From Antedon mediterranea (taxonomy: Eukaryota; Animalia; Echinodermata): a stretch of DNA of 64,000 bases. Where the stretch lies: NCBI RefSeq assembly GCF_964355755.1, contig NC_092680.1:4340001-4404000 (forward strand), in the 5' to 3' direction. The notes under the pieces were generated by a model. It was not told the origin of the DNA, searched no databases, and was given only the letters and a program-made list of their open reading frames with translations. Made by a program: the position numbers and the translations under genes. Below, piece after piece: positions 1 through 13,657 of this stretch; the first letter of the stretch is position 1; each line of letters starts with the position of its first letter.

Positions 1-31
1 GAACGGTGAATTACGGTTGTACGACATAAAG
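1..31 (+). CDS. EIF3I: eIF3 subunit I, internal exon (5' part outside window)
   Basis: Reads NGELRLYDIK then AAG|GTAGG donor; phase 0 joins the exon at 2409 in frame, as expected for the region preceding eIF3i ...EH...INDLQ. Confidence 0.8.
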
Positions 32-2408
32 GTAGGCAGGAAATGTGACAATACACTTTAAATACTAATGAAATAAATCAAATTTAAAAAATATATTGTA
101 ACCCCAACCATTTTATTCAGTGTACGTATTGACTGTAGTAGTTGAACAAATAATGACAAAAAAAAAACATTGAACCAACATAAAATTTGACAGAAGAGAG
201 AGCACTGTAAGTGGCTGCAGGACATGACGAGACCCTTAGGTGAGAAGCATGTTATTGAAAGAAAGTGTAACATCTAGTCCACAGCCCCTTGAGCACTTTA
301 GTTGATATGTGCGCTTTACAAATCTTATATTACGTAGTGTACATGTAAGACTCACTTGGTATATCTATTATTTTCTCTTTGTTTACTACTTATTTTTGCG
401 GTAAATCATCATTTTTTGGTTCAAAAAACATAACAAAACATGAGAACTTCGTGATAAAAAAATCTAACTTTATAGAGTTCCTGTTTGAACAAGTCAACTC
501 TGCTTAAATTTTTTTTTTTTAATGAGGGTGGGTTTCAAAACTAAAATATTGAAAACAAATGGTGATATAATAAAATAATAGCAAAAAAAAACCAAGACCA
601 AAAACCAGGAAGCAATGGTTTGAATATTATATAAGATGATACAAATGTAAAGTAGAAATTCAATCAATTGCGATAAAGATAATTCTCTTAACTTGTAACG
701 TTACACACTTACAGATAATTGAAATAGGACTTATGTTTCACTCTCCAACGAATGCTGAACGATGATAATAGTATTTTTATACAAAATGATAGTAATTTGT
801 GGAAATTGACATGAAATACAAAGTTAAAGCACTTGAATTAAGAATATTTCAAAAGAAAATTGAGATAATGTTAACGTCGTACGTAATATTGATGTCTTAT
901 CACATAAAGTTAAATTTATAAGCGTACACTACAGTTTTTTTTTACAATATTTCTCAATTCTATTACCTATTTAATGTATATTCTGCCATATGATTTGGTG
1001 TAGGTTATGAATATATTTTAGTATTTTCAAGATGTGTTGTTTTACTGTAGTTATTTAATATTAATCTATTGCTAATTTGTATTAGAATTCCTCCATTGAG
1101 ACACCCCTTTTATGGAACACCCAATAGTAGTACAGTATGTTCCTGTTTAATTAACAAGAGCCATTCAATACATTAGGTTTAACACATGGCCAACCACTAT
1201 TCAGGTGACAATCCTAAATATTTGTGGGTCCTAAATGTGTGTTCTTTTCTACTTGAGTTTTTGTGTAACGTTAATTTTGGGTTTGTGTCTTTAAAATCAT
1301 TTTAAAATCATTTTATATAGAAACAGAACATTGAATGATGGGAGATTCATTATCCCAATGTCTATTATTTCTTACTTACACTATTTTCTCCCTTATATAA
1401 TTAATAATCCCAATTTTAGTATTCTCTCTTTATTATTTAAGAAAATACAGTAAATTGTAGGCTGCATTTAACCTTCATAATATTATTCAATTGGTTTTAA
1501 TCAGTACTTTGAAGTAAGCCAGAACTAATGTATGTACAAAGTTTCAATAACAACTTTTACTATAAATTTGTTTTATTGCAAAGATTATAAACAAACAGGT
1601 CATTTTGTTTTACCATAAAATAGTTTATAGGGTGTTATGTAATGCTTTAGCAATTGGTAAGTGTTGGCAGTTTAAATGTTAGCATAAAGTTCAACAGTCT
1701 CACTCAGCTTATTGTTTTCCCTCTTTAAGTATGTTTTTCATGATTGTTTACTTTTACTCTGAGGCACTTAACTAGAATGCAAAAGTAATATAATATCGGC
1801 AATACTCATTTAAAAAATGTGTATTACTGTAGTTTTCTTTACAAAGTGGGAAGCCCAGATCAGTGATATTCACTGCTTTCCACTGGGGCCCTCCAAAATA
1901 CATTTACCCCGTTCATTTCAATGTCGATGAATTGAAATTGATTTATTCGATCAAAACACATAATGGAACATAGTTCCATAAAACAGCTAGTAATCAGCAC
2001 AAAGTTTTTGTCTTGACCTTACCACCAGGTGTACCCATTTGTACACCTGGGGATAAAAGCAATGCGACGAGCATTGGATTTGAGTACAAGATATCACGAT
2101 CAGTAGTCCAACATCCAACACACTGCGCCACATGCCCTCACTCATACTGTAAGCCTTATTCAAGTTTTGTTTTGTTTACATTTTCAAATCAATATAGTAG
2201 TTAGGAATAATATACTTACTGTTATAATAACTTTAATAAATCTTTTCACATATACAGTTAGATTATTATATACTTTTTTTTTTCATTTTAATATAGTTTT
2301 GTTCCATTTGTTAACTTTTAATATTTCATAAGGTTAAACGATAAACATTTATTACATTTTTGTTAATAAATACTGTATCAAGAATGTCATTTCTTTTTTT
2401 TTTTTCAG

Positions 2409-2519
2409 GCAAGAGATGTTGTGCAAGTTGTCAATGAGCATAAAAACAGCATAAATGATTTGCAAAAAGGACGAAACGACACGCTTATCATCTCAGCTTC
2501 TAAAGATACAACAGCAAAG
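2409..2519 (+). CDS. EIF3I: eIF3 subunit I exon (WD40 repeat)
   Basis: Poly-T tract + CAG acceptor, AAG|GTATG donor; 111 nt encoding ARDVVQVVNEHKNSINDLQKGRNDTLIISASKDTTAK (eIF3i-like ASKD.TAK). Confidence 0.92.
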
Positions 2520-2716
2520 GTATGTAAAATTCCACACATCTTTGATAATAATTTACGTCTTTGATGGCCTGCAAGTGTCTGGCAAAATAAGCTTACGTCT
2601 ACTGGTAAATTTATTATCTTTTTAGTATTGCTGGCTATGACTTCTGATATTTGTAAATCCAGTACCGATTTTCATGTCCCTTGAAGACTGTACTCTTTAC
2701 CATTTAATTTTTGTTA

Positions 2717-2877
2717 AGCTCTGTCTACACTATCAAACTTCATGTGACAAAAAAGTGTGATGTGCCCAAATATGGTAGTGATATGCTTAAATATGGTAGT
2801 GATATGACATCATCATGTTCATATATGGCCAGATCATATTTTTTGTCAAGCAAACTTTGATATTGTTAGACAGAGCT
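2717..2877. mobile_element. MITE family 1 (PIF/Harbinger-like), in eIF3i intron
   Basis: TIR AGCTCTGTCTACACTATCAAAC.../...AGACAGAGCT, TTA on both sides, internal AAATATGGTAGTGATATG repeats; many copies in window. Confidence 0.8.
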
Positions 2878-3603
2878 TTACTCCCACTCTCCGCAAACTA
2901 TAACGTTTAAATGTTTTGTCATGCTGAATGGTATACAAAAATGAATGTTTATGATATCGACCTGCAATATACCACTAGATAATAGATCCAAATAATGCAT
3001 GACAAATGTCAAATAACATACCAATCAAATGACAACATTTGTGTTTTGTATTAAAATAAAAAGGAATTTTTAAAAATGGTTGGGAAAAAAATGTGGATTG
3101 ATTTGAGCTAGAGAAACTACTGTAATCAAGTTTGTATAATAATTTTTTAAGGCAATTTTAATGTAATTTTTTTAAGCAAATTTCTCCTCTAGAAAGTAAT
3201 AATTTTATATCTTGTGTCAGTTGAAATAGTCAAGTAGTGAATTTTATGTTGTACTGTAATATAAAAACATCATTCGTGTTATTAAAAAAAGGATTTAGAA
3301 ATGCGTAAGAATAAAAATAATCTGTCCTCATGAATTTTAAATCCTTGTTTGGTCTCTTCAGCTAAAGCCATTAAGCTTTTATACTCTGTAAAGTTCATTG
3401 AAGTGTATTTTGTTTTAAACACCAATTAAGTTTATCTATTTTTAACATTTAAAAATGCTTTGTAAAATCTATTTCTGAGGCACAGTTTGTTTTTCAACTC
3501 GTTTAAAAATAGCCAAAACAAAATGATCAAGTGCTAGATGTAGTGCTTCAGAACACACTATTCCTTCATCATGTCTAAAATTTTTTTTTTATTATTATAT
3601 AAG

Positions 3604-3693
3604 CTTTTTGATGCTACAACATTAAACCATATGAAGACATACAAGACAGAAAGGCCTGTTAATTCTGCCGCCATATCTCCCTTAAGAGATCAT
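3604..3693 (+). CDS. EIF3I: eIF3 subunit I exon
   Basis: AG acceptor, GTAAGT donor; [30 protein letters not shown] contains the eIF3i signature [11 protein letters not shown]. Confidence 0.95.
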
Positions 3694-4781
3694 GTAAGTA
3701 AATTGTTATCTTTTATACCCAATTTTCACAAATTACATTTTTTTTTTTTTCAAATGGATGCTTTGTGCAGTTTTTCAATAGGCAAATTTATTTGCTCAAA
3801 TCAAATATTTTATATATTAAAGTCATGGTGTCTCTTTATGATTTTCCACTGCGATTTTCATTTTTATCGTATATCCGCTGAGAAGTTTGATTTGCATGAG
3901 TGTTCATGATTGTCTGACAAGTTGTTTCCCAAGCTCTGATTGGTTGCGCAATTTTCGCTTTGCAACAACAAGTAGAAGCTATTCAAACTACTGATTTTGC
4001 TGGAGCGTAAAACTCAAAGAATAAGAATTCGTCGATACGTATTTTAGAAAATTAATTGGAAATGTAAATATGCATGTGTATAAGACCACAATTTCGATTC
4101 ACTTAGTGGAAATCAGCGAGGTATTGTATTGATGTGGAAGAATTATTCAATGATATATTTTAAAATAAAACTGGACACATAGAAACATTAGCGGTGAAAC
4201 TTCTGCGATAACCTAAAAAGGTCAGATTGTGGAAAACCGTTTTTTTTTAATCAATAGTTAGTTTGATTTATGTGTATCTGTATTTAGTCCGCAGATGGAA
4301 AAATATAAAAATAAGTTTATGAAGTAAAAATCACATTATATAAAAATATTTTTAAGTTTACTTTTTTTTAGAAGAGGCCAGGGATTATCAATAAAAATAT
4401 TGTTCACATGTTTGAGTTGACATAGTTCTTACAAAACAAGCATATACAGCTTGTCATACTTTGTTAGGCTTTGATGGTGACGCAGTTTAGACCGATGGAA
4501 AATCCCAGTCTTTGACAGGATTTCAACCCCGGATTTAGTTTTATATCTGTAATTCTGATGTAATCATCTAAAATGTTCAAATAAATATATTAAATATTTA
4601 TAGTAATTTTATTACTTTTTTAAGACTTATGAGACTACTGTAGGTAACATTTTAGAAATGTCAACTTTTAATTTACAAGCTGCAGTACTAAATAAATATC
4701 TTCTAATTATCTTCTTTATTTTGAATATGGTATTTTGGTAATGGTAATTTTAAATAGCATTCAATGATTTACATGTTGTAG

Positions 4782-4948
4782 GTTGCGCTTGGAGGTGGCC
4801 AAGAAGCTATGGATGTGACCACAACATCAACAAGAATTGGCAAATTTGATGCCAGGTTTTTCCATCTAGTCTTTGAAGAAGAGTTTGGCCGTGTCAAAGG
4901 TCACTTTGGACCAATCAATAGTGTGGCTTTCCATCCAGATGGCAAAGG
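4782..4948 (+). CDS. EIF3I: eIF3 subunit I exon
   Basis: TAG acceptor, GTGAGT donor; [55 protein letters not shown], the highly conserved eIF3i C-terminal WD repeat. Confidence 0.97.
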
Positions 4949-5031
4949 GTGAGTTATTATGATAGTTTATTTGTTATTACTCAGGTGAAAACCCATACAT
5001 ATTGTAATATATTTTAATTTATTTTGATGTA

Positions 5032-6298
5032 CAGTCAACTCTCCCAATACCGGACACCCTTGGGCGGGCATATATTTTCCGGTTTTTCGAAAGTCCGGTT
5101 TCCTGAAAACATATTTTTAAAGTCATCACGTTGTCACTGAAAATGCGTTGAATCACCGGTCCGAATGCTGCCCGGTACGGTCTAGCGTAGAGAAGGCCTA
5201 GGCTATGATTGTGTCAAGTTAGTGATAGGCCTAGGCCTACTTTATTAATTATGATTACCTTTTTTAAAAGTTAAATTATTTACTGTACAGTACCAATAAA
5301 ACATGTTACAATAGTAAACTGTTTCTCAATGTGTTTTTAACGGCAAAAAGGCCTACGTACGTACGGTGAACATAATTTCGGTCTGTTTATTGTTTTTCGT
5401 GAGCTAGCTTGCAGCAGCAGCATGGGTGATAAAAATAGCAAATAAGCGGGGCTTTGATTGATGCGCATGTGCAGAGGTGTCATAATCAAATAAAAACGCC
5501 CACACCGTACCTAGACCACGTTTTTTAAGCTCCTTTATTTTGACGTAATTTGATAGCAATGATGAAAATTGATTAGGTAAACGAGCCAAGCAATAATGAC
5601 ACAATAATTAATTAGTAACATTTCAAAGTTTATTAACACTAGTTAAGTCAAGTTCATTCCGTTTTGCCATAATGATTTCCAAATTTATAATGATGCACAT
5701 TTTTAGTGAAACATTCCTTTTTAAAGTCCTATTGCAATTGTGAATTTAACAATGATTTAAACAAAACAAAGACACAAAGTGGAATGTAAATTGAACTTTA
5801 TTAAAAAACAATTCATATGCTAAAAAACAGGGAGGGAGTTGTTAACAACTCCCTGCTAAAAACAATAGCGCTTCGATGTGAAAAAGCCCACCACAGTTCG
5901 ATACGCAACAAAGCAATTGCCGCCTCGTGGGTTAACAATGAACTGACCTGTCAAACTCCATGGCAACATTATTTGATCGTACCGCGAAACGTCGCGCACT
6001 TCATGCAGGGTATGGTTAAAAGCTTTTGTACATTGTGCATGTATTGAATCCGAGTCAGCGACAACGATGTTACGTTGTTTTTGTAAATATTTGGAGTTTT
6101 TTAACTGTCAGTCCGGTTTTCAGACGCTAATTTTCGTGTTTTGTACTTCATAATTTGTCCGGATTCCGGAATTGGGTATTCCGGTTTTCATAATAAATTA
6201 CAGTACATTTAGAATAGGGACAAATTGGGCCCTCCAAAAAAGTCCGGTTTTTCGTGAATTCCGGTTTTGGGAGAGTCCGGTATTGGGAGAGTTGACTG
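5032..6298. mobile_element. non-autonomous Tc1/mariner (pogo/Tigger-like) DNA transposon in last eIF3i intron
   Basis: TA|CAGTCAACTCTCCCAATACCGGAC ... GTCCGGTATTGGGAGAGTTGACTG|TA perfect TIR with TA TSD; subterminal TCCGGTTTT repeats at both ends; no transposase ORF. Confidence 0.85.
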
Positions 6299-6845
6299 TA
6301 GTTATATATGCATTTTTAATGTTTTTACAAATTTTATTCTAAATGTTTTTTATACAATCAGTGCAATAGGAGACCTACTAGATAGTGATTAAGTTCGCTT
6401 TTTAGGAATCCTGTCTCTGCCTGGTTTTGTGTGATGTTTTCTTGTTCATGTCCATGTTTTTTTATATTGTATTTTTATGAGACAAAGTAAATGAAATGAA
6501 ATGAAATGAAATACAGTTGTGGAGCGAATAACATGTAAACTGTACTACAGCCTTTACTGTATTGCGCACAGGTGTGGACAACACATGCAACAACTCATGT
6601 CTTTATATGTGTGTATTTATGTCAAACAGTCGCCAAAGAATGCTCAATTGTCTGTCAAACAGGGACAGATATGGGCCAGACTAACCCCTACCATAGTATA
6701 GGGTAGGTTGTTCTAACCTAGATAGCTTGTTCTAGCCTAGGCAAAGCAAGCTGTCCCGAAGTTTGTTGCAACATTGTGACGTCTTATCCACTGACAGACA
6801 GGGATAAAACTAATATATTAATATTTTGTTTGATTGTTTTCACAG

Positions 6846-6927
6846 GTATTCTAGTGGTGGTGAAGATGGTTTTATACGTATGCATAACTTCGATGCACAG
6901 TATTTTGAATTTGAAACTGAATACTGA
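6846..6927 (+). CDS. EIF3I: eIF3 subunit I last coding exon
   Basis: TTTTCACAG acceptor, phase 2 continues to GYSSGGEDGFIRMHNFDAQYFEFETEY-TGA. Confidence 0.95.
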
Positions 6928-7143
6928 ACAATAAATATATTTACTGTTACATTCACTTTAAAAAAAATATCCACGCTTTAAAACTACTACATAAAAAAAA
7001 AACGCCATACTATTTATGTATAAACAGAATATGTACATTCAGACTTTATATGTGGTGAATTGAAGTGAGTTTTATGGTACAACACAATGTCATAAGCATT
7101 AGGAATGTATTGTTCCATGCTTAACAAATTCTCAATGTATGAA

Positions 7144-7149
7144 AATAAA
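7144..7149 (+). terminator. candidate polyadenylation signal of eIF3i
   Basis: AATAAA about 215 nt after the stop, followed by a T-rich stretch; another AATAAA at 6930-6935. Confidence 0.4.
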
Positions 7150-9167
7150 GGTTTTTTTCATATCCGGTATTCTAACGTTTCAAATGGAATAAGATTTTAC
7201 ATCACTATGAGAGTGTGTTTATGCGTTTGTTTATAAACAATTTTGCTACTTTACTGGGACAGTTTTAAACTACATTTTGAAACACATTATTCTATATTGT
7301 ATCTAATGTGGAATACAAAATGGCGTCTAAAATCCCCACTTTTCACTACATATTTTTATGTTTGTTTGTTATACACAATTGTTGTATTGGACACATCCAC
7401 ACATGGCATGTCAAAATGACCAGAGTTTCTTTAGAGAAATTGTTTTTGGAGGAAGAATGGTGGTTGGTATCATTGCTATTCTGCCAATCTGTACATATAC
7501 TGGTTCACTGGTGATAATGATAATGTCATTGCTGGTATCAACCTCGTGCTTGTGTAGAATATATAACTATTATAATTGTGTATTGTATTAAGAAAATCAT
7601 GAATACAACAAAGTATGATTTTTTTTGCTGTTGGTGTAATACTAAAATAAAAATAAGCAGCATTATTTCGAAATCTAACAAAAAACGAACATCTTGAACA
7701 AAAAAAAATGTTTCGATGACGTAGATATTTTCCGATTTTTTAAATCACTATTAAATTTTTATGTGACAAAAAATGTGATATGGACATGATGTTGTCATAT
7801 CACTACTACATTTGGGAATATCAGTACCATATTTGGGCACATCAAACTTTTTTTGTCAAAATATTTTGATAGTGTTAAGAGTTTTTGGCAAACGTGGTAG
7901 TCATAAGAAAAATGAGATAATTGTCTACATTTATCTGTTGAACACAGTAAAGTTGTTAAATGCAATATTTACTGTTGTGCATGGCAAAGAATACTTATTA
8001 AATGACTGTTTATATTCACACCACGTATAATTACATTTCAGATTTTGACATCATTAAAACGGACAAAAAGATTGTGTCTGTCAAAGTACTTTTTTACAAT
8101 ATTCTATCTATTTTTGTGGTGTTACCATGGTCTCGTTTAAATAAGCTATACTATAGAGAATTGGTGTGTTTTCCAGTTCAATGAGTATAAACGGTCCAAA
8201 TAAATTGAATTCTAAAGTACATTGATATATGAAATGGTTATTTTGTTGTTATTTATTTGGTTGATGATAATACATTTTTTTTAAACCTAGGATGTCGAGG
8301 AAAGATTAATAAAAGTTATTTAAACTAGAACTGTTATTAATATTTTACTAAATAGTACAGACAGTTATTACAGTGATTGCTTGATGTGACGACTGGAATA
8401 TTTAATGGGCGATATTTATGAAAATGTGCTCGAAAACAAGACCGATAAACACGTACATTAATTTGAGCAATGTTTTATTAATACACTTACCAAGGGTATA
8501 ACATATAGTTATGATTGACGCTTGTCAAAATGCTTGAAAAGATTTGCCACATAGCCTAGCCTATATCGGCTTTTTAGTTTTGAGTGTAAATTTGTTCGTC
8601 GAATATTTTCTAAATGTTTGTTTATAATACCATCACACCATACCTATTGATCTTCATTAAATCACAGGGAGAGACCCTCTTCAGAGGTCCCTCGCTCCAG
8701 CAGTAGAACCATTCTGTCTTAACGCCATTTATCGTTCAACTTTCACAAACCAACAAAAGTATAAACTGAATTAGAATAACGTTACAATAAATGATTTGCT
8801 ATAATAAGTTATAATCAATTAATAGGCTGTGACTAATGTTCTTAAACTAAACTGCATTAATGTAAAGTAGATAAAAATGACGAGCGGTATCCACAATGAC
8901 GTCATTGTGACGATTACGTAGTAAGCCTACGAATTCGTGTATAAATACGTTTGCGTATTATGTTAAATCGAAGAAGCTTTTCGCGCGCAATTGATTATGC
9001 AGCCTGGCATTACCGCATAAATATGCAGTTTAAAACACCTGCACAAAACGGCCGACAAAGTATTATATATCTTTGTTATTAAAAGTGTTGCTACATTTAT
9101 GACGTAAATGCGCCGACGTCTGCATTTTTTCCGAAACTTCGAATCCAACTTTCGCCACATTGCTTGT

Positions 9168-9232
9168 ATCCTTAGGCAAGACACCTTACTTGCATTTGTC
9201 TCTCTCCACCCAGGTGTATAAAATGGGTACCA
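9168..9232 (+). repeat. SINE core-like relic
   Basis: TCCTTAGGCAAGACACCTTAC...CTCCACCCAGGTGTATAAAATGGGTACC resembles the conserved body of tRNA-derived SINEs; similar reverse fragment near 2020-2050. Confidence 0.35.
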
Positions 9233-9350
9233 TTATTATGGGAGTATGATTTTGCGCAGACGATGACAATAACGAACACCTCGTTAGTTAGTCTGTGGAT
9301 TCCAGACTGAGTTTTGACTTAATATTAGTAAAAAGATAAATATTTTAGCA

Positions 9351-9457
9351 CATGGCGTTTCATACCTATACTACTTGATCTTGAGACAAAAGTCGAAACG
9401 TCAACTGGTGGACTCTAACACAAAAAAGAAAATAAATACTGACTTGGGGCAAGTCTA
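9351..9457 (+). repeat. dispersed repeat, unclassified
   Basis: ATGGCGTTTCAYACNTATACTAC...GACTTGGGGCAAGTCTA also found at about 22113-22220, 56720-56760 and 60740-60816. Confidence 0.55.
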
Positions 9458-9713
9458 CTCGTTTGGTGTTAGTATAATTTCGATACTTAATAACGCCGTT
9501 AAATCACCACATAAATGTGTCTCCATAAATGCTGCACACTGGTACCAGTCTAATACAACTATATTAATCACATACAACATAGCTAATCCTAACAAGACTA
9601 CTGCAATAAAACTGATTTGTTACTCACAACATTGTTCAATACAGATTTGCTTGCTTTCAATCGATGCTCATGATTTCTTATTTAAGTATTTTTCAAAAAT
9701 AAGTATATTTTCA

Positions 9714-10004
9714 AGAATGTACACCCCCCCCCCCCCTGAAAAAACAATTCTTAAAATTGTTGTTGTTTAATATGCCATTTTAATGTCAAAAAAATGTGTA
9801 TACCTAAAAAATGTTATTTAAAGCAAAAAATAGTCCAGCCATCGGGTTTTTGGTTGAATTAAACCATTTATTTTGTCATTTTGAAAACATAATTTTCCCG
9901 ATTTTTACTACGGAAGTGATTAACTTGATTAAAACTACAAAATAATATATTCAAAGTGTGATTTGATTAATCTTTATTTTTCATGTTTTTCGGAGACAAT
10001 ACAT
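9714..10004. mobile_element. Kolobok-like MITE, degraded copy
   Basis: Similar to the 23130 and 24189 copies (ATATGCCATTTTAATGTCA, TTTTTCATGTTTT..GGAGACAATACAT). Confidence 0.55.
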
Positions 10005-11519
10005 AATCATATGAATATTATATACTGAAAATGATTGAGAATTTAATTTCTTAGTAAAATATTTCTTGTTAAGAAGAAAACTGCTTATTACAAGAAATAT
10101 TTCTTAAAACAAGAATTTGTTTTCTTCTCTTAGAATTTCATATTTTGCTCTGTGATGATGGTACGTTACAACCTATATAATACGTTATATTAAACAATGC
10201 CAAAAAGACAAAATACAAATGAGTTTTTAAATGTCTTATTTCACTATAAGTAGGCCAGGCCTATTTATTTTAATGGTCAGGAGCACATTGATAAATACTT
10301 GCATTTCAATCGCTGATTCTTAAGATACGATTTATAACGATTTCAATGTGAAAGTAAAAATAACATCGTCAACGTATTGCAGTATATTTATATTCCTAAT
10401 GTACGTCTATTTTAAAACAGGCTTAAGTCAATTGGAACGTAAATCCTCTCTAGTGAATAACTTTGAGTTCATCTTTTTTTAGTTGCATCGAATTGAGCGC
10501 GCATAAATACTTTCTCAAGTGAAATTCGAGTTTTAAATTGATTTTATATGCTTGTTCCATAGCAATCAGTTTGTCCTCGCGTTTTTCTCACCCGATGTGA
10601 GTAGAGAGTAAAGTGTTATCGTTGTGCTTGATCAAATTGCGTTGCGTGTACGTATTTTCGTTGCGGCCTATTGGCATCCAAGTTTACACTTACTTGCATC
10701 TTACGTATAGCTTTACATAGAGTTAGCTCATTTAAAACTATTATATTTTAAACTCACTCAACGTAACTCATCGTAGCGCCACCTCAATTTATTGAAGTGC
10801 CGTAAGAGGCTGGTGGGTCGTATTTATAACCTATTATATTATAAAATAAAATTAAATACTAGGCCTATTCCAAATATGAATTTAGATCAATTTATAAATT
10901 GCCCAGGCCTACAATTACCATTATATGACAGCGCATTCAAGTGTATGAGCCGTCATAATTTCACGTAATTTGTTTTACGTTACCATTACCTTATAGGTCC
11001 CTGGGTGCCCAACCTAAATATTTACCAAAATATGAAAACCTTATGTTTTTCACCATTTCATGTGTTGTTCGTAAATTAATTTTAAGAAATCATATAATTC
11101 TTTACGAGTCTCGACACTACGACTGCTCACCCTCCATTATCCAATGATAATATTAAGGTACGGTGTGATGACGTAATTGGGAAGCAGAAGAAACTTGTAT
11201 ACAGCTGTCAATCATTCCGATATGTTTCCCATTTCTCTTCAATTTAAATTCATGACTGGATATCGCATTAAACTAATAGCAACATATGCTGTTTTATCGA
11301 ACGTTTTACTTATATACGTACATAATATAAACTAATACTATATTGTTATTTTTGGCACAACAACACATGCGTTTGCAATTATTATTAACGATCATATTTA
11401 AGAATATTATCATTATAAGTTCATATCGATAAAAATAATTTGAGGCTGTTGATAGTAACAATTATAACAATGTTAACTTTGGCAACAGATTAATCGCATA
11501 ACATCAGGATCATGTGCAA

Positions 11520-11700
11520 AGCTCTGTCTACACTATCAAACTAGTTTGACAAAAAAATGTGATGTGCCCTAACATGGTAGTGATATGCCCACATATGGTA
11601 GTGATATGCCCATATATAGTAGTGATATGACATCATCATGTTCATATATGGGCACATCACATGTTTTTGTCACATACAGTTTAAATAGTTGTAGACAGCT
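11520..11700. mobile_element. MITE family 1 copy
   Basis: AGCTCTGTCTACACTATCAAAC left TIR, three internal ATGGTAGTGATATG-type units, degenerate right TIR. Confidence 0.75.
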
Positions 11701-13353
11701 TGTTTTACGTTGGTCTGGATTCAAACCATGATTGCCTCTGAGAGGTGTTTTAACATTTGTTAACTGTAAGTGTTTAGATCTTAAACATGTATTTTGTACC
11801 ACTTTTCCACACATGTTTATATTATATGAAACATGTTTAGGTTCTAAACACATTCTAAATATGTATTCTGTACTCAACTCAACATATCAGTGACGTGTTC
11901 ATTGTTAAACATGGAGCAATATAAAGATACGTTTAGGTTTTTAACGTGTTTAATTCGCCATGTCGAGAAATTGAACATAACAGTGACATGTTGACTGCTA
12001 AACGAGTGGAGGAAAACAACATGTAGCTATAAACACGTTTAAACATGTAACTACGTTTAAAAGCTCCACACTGTTTTAACAAAATTACCTCACGTACATG
12101 GTCATCAGGCTCATTCCGACTTCTGGTCGAATCTTCCAGTGGGCCTACTTCATGTTTTTATTTTGTTGCGAAATTACATCTAGATCTAATCAGAATATAT
12201 TCATATGAAGGTTTATTAATACTTAATCGAGAGACACGATAGTGTCTCGATAATTTCCCCTGATTATGTTTTTATTACCCAATCAGCCCATGTCGACTGG
12301 ATTCTATGTCTGAAGCGTTGTTTTCAAGACGAATTAGGCGTTTCGTGAAGCCACATCTTTTTTGGCTAAGGCGTCTAAACTCATCTGCAACTGATTGACT
12401 TGCGAGTTGCGCCAACTTGTTCCCCCTATCTAGGAAATTCTATAGCTCATCTTTTTATTATACTAATTATTAGCAAGCAAAGGATATAGTTTGTTTTAAA
12501 CAACATATTTTTATTAAACAGGCGTCATAAGTTTGCGCTTTTGGTACTTATAAAGGATCGATTAGGCCTATACAGATTTTCCATCCAAACTGCTAAAAAA
12601 TAATTTATTCAATATCTATGCCTGATAGTCCTATCCTACGGATTGTGCTCAACATGTTTTTGTTTAAATCTTGATTTACTCCATTTTTGGAGTTTTGTGA
12701 AATTAACTGCAAAACAAAACAAAATTTGGATATTTGTAGATTCAGCAATAAAAACAAGTATGACATTGATAATTACGTAACGATTTACAATTAATTCCAT
12801 GGATATAATGAAAATAGTATAGATTCGAAGATAGATTGATATTCAAGATAGAATTATTTTAATGACGTGGTGGTTATAATTGGAGAGAAGGCGACAATGA
12901 TGATAACACTATGATGAATATTATACGATAAAGTCAGTTTAATAGATTAACCACCTTTTGTTGACAAAGGTATTGAGACTCAAATCATACGAGGCCAGCC
13001 GGGTGTCAGGGATTTTGAAAGTATTGGTCTTTTATATACATATCATAAATGTTGACGTTGTTCTAGTGGCATGGCAAATGTTTCCACTAGCACCTCATTC
13101 TGCAGTATATCTTTCGTACATGCAGATATCTCTCACTAAATCTATGCTATCAGTAGCCTGTGGCATATAAATTTAAGAAGCCGAAATAGCCTGGGAGTAG
13201 ACTCGTCGATACCCAAACGAATAAAACCATACAAAACTAAATTGTGGGGTTAGGATATGCCTAGGGCATCACTTTATAAGAATTTTGTACGAGAAAGTCA
13301 CGTTGCTTCTTATTTACCGGTAAATAAAAACAGCCTATAGTAATATTATCTAA

Positions 13354-13657
13354 AGATCTGTCTACACTAGTCAAACTATTTTGACAAAAAAAAAGTGTCC
13401 ATGCCCATATATGGACACAATGATGTCATACTGTATCAGTTCCATATTTGGGCACATCGCTTATTTTGTTACATAAAGTTTGATAGATTAGACAAGGCTT
13501 AATACGTTGTATCCGATTGTCTCACTCTTTAAATTGTTCAAAGATATATTGTAGGCTACATATGCTTAAATATGGTAGTGATATAATATGACATCATCAT
13601 GTCCATATTGGGCACATCAAATTTTTTTTGTCACAAAGATTGATAGTGTAGATAGAG
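13354..13657. mobile_element. MITE family 1: one full and one partial copy
   Basis: TCTGTCTACACTA...TTTGATAGATTAGACAAGGCT, then a second 3' half ending TTGATAGTGTAGATAGAG. Confidence 0.7.

Noticed and set aside
3571-3909. 112-aa ORF as a standalone gene
   Set aside because: Only 3604-3693 is an eIF3i exon; the rest is intron read-through
6489-6512. (GAAAT)n microsatellite, and (ATT)n near 20267-20288
   Set aside because: Ordinary short microsatellites, probably retroposon tails
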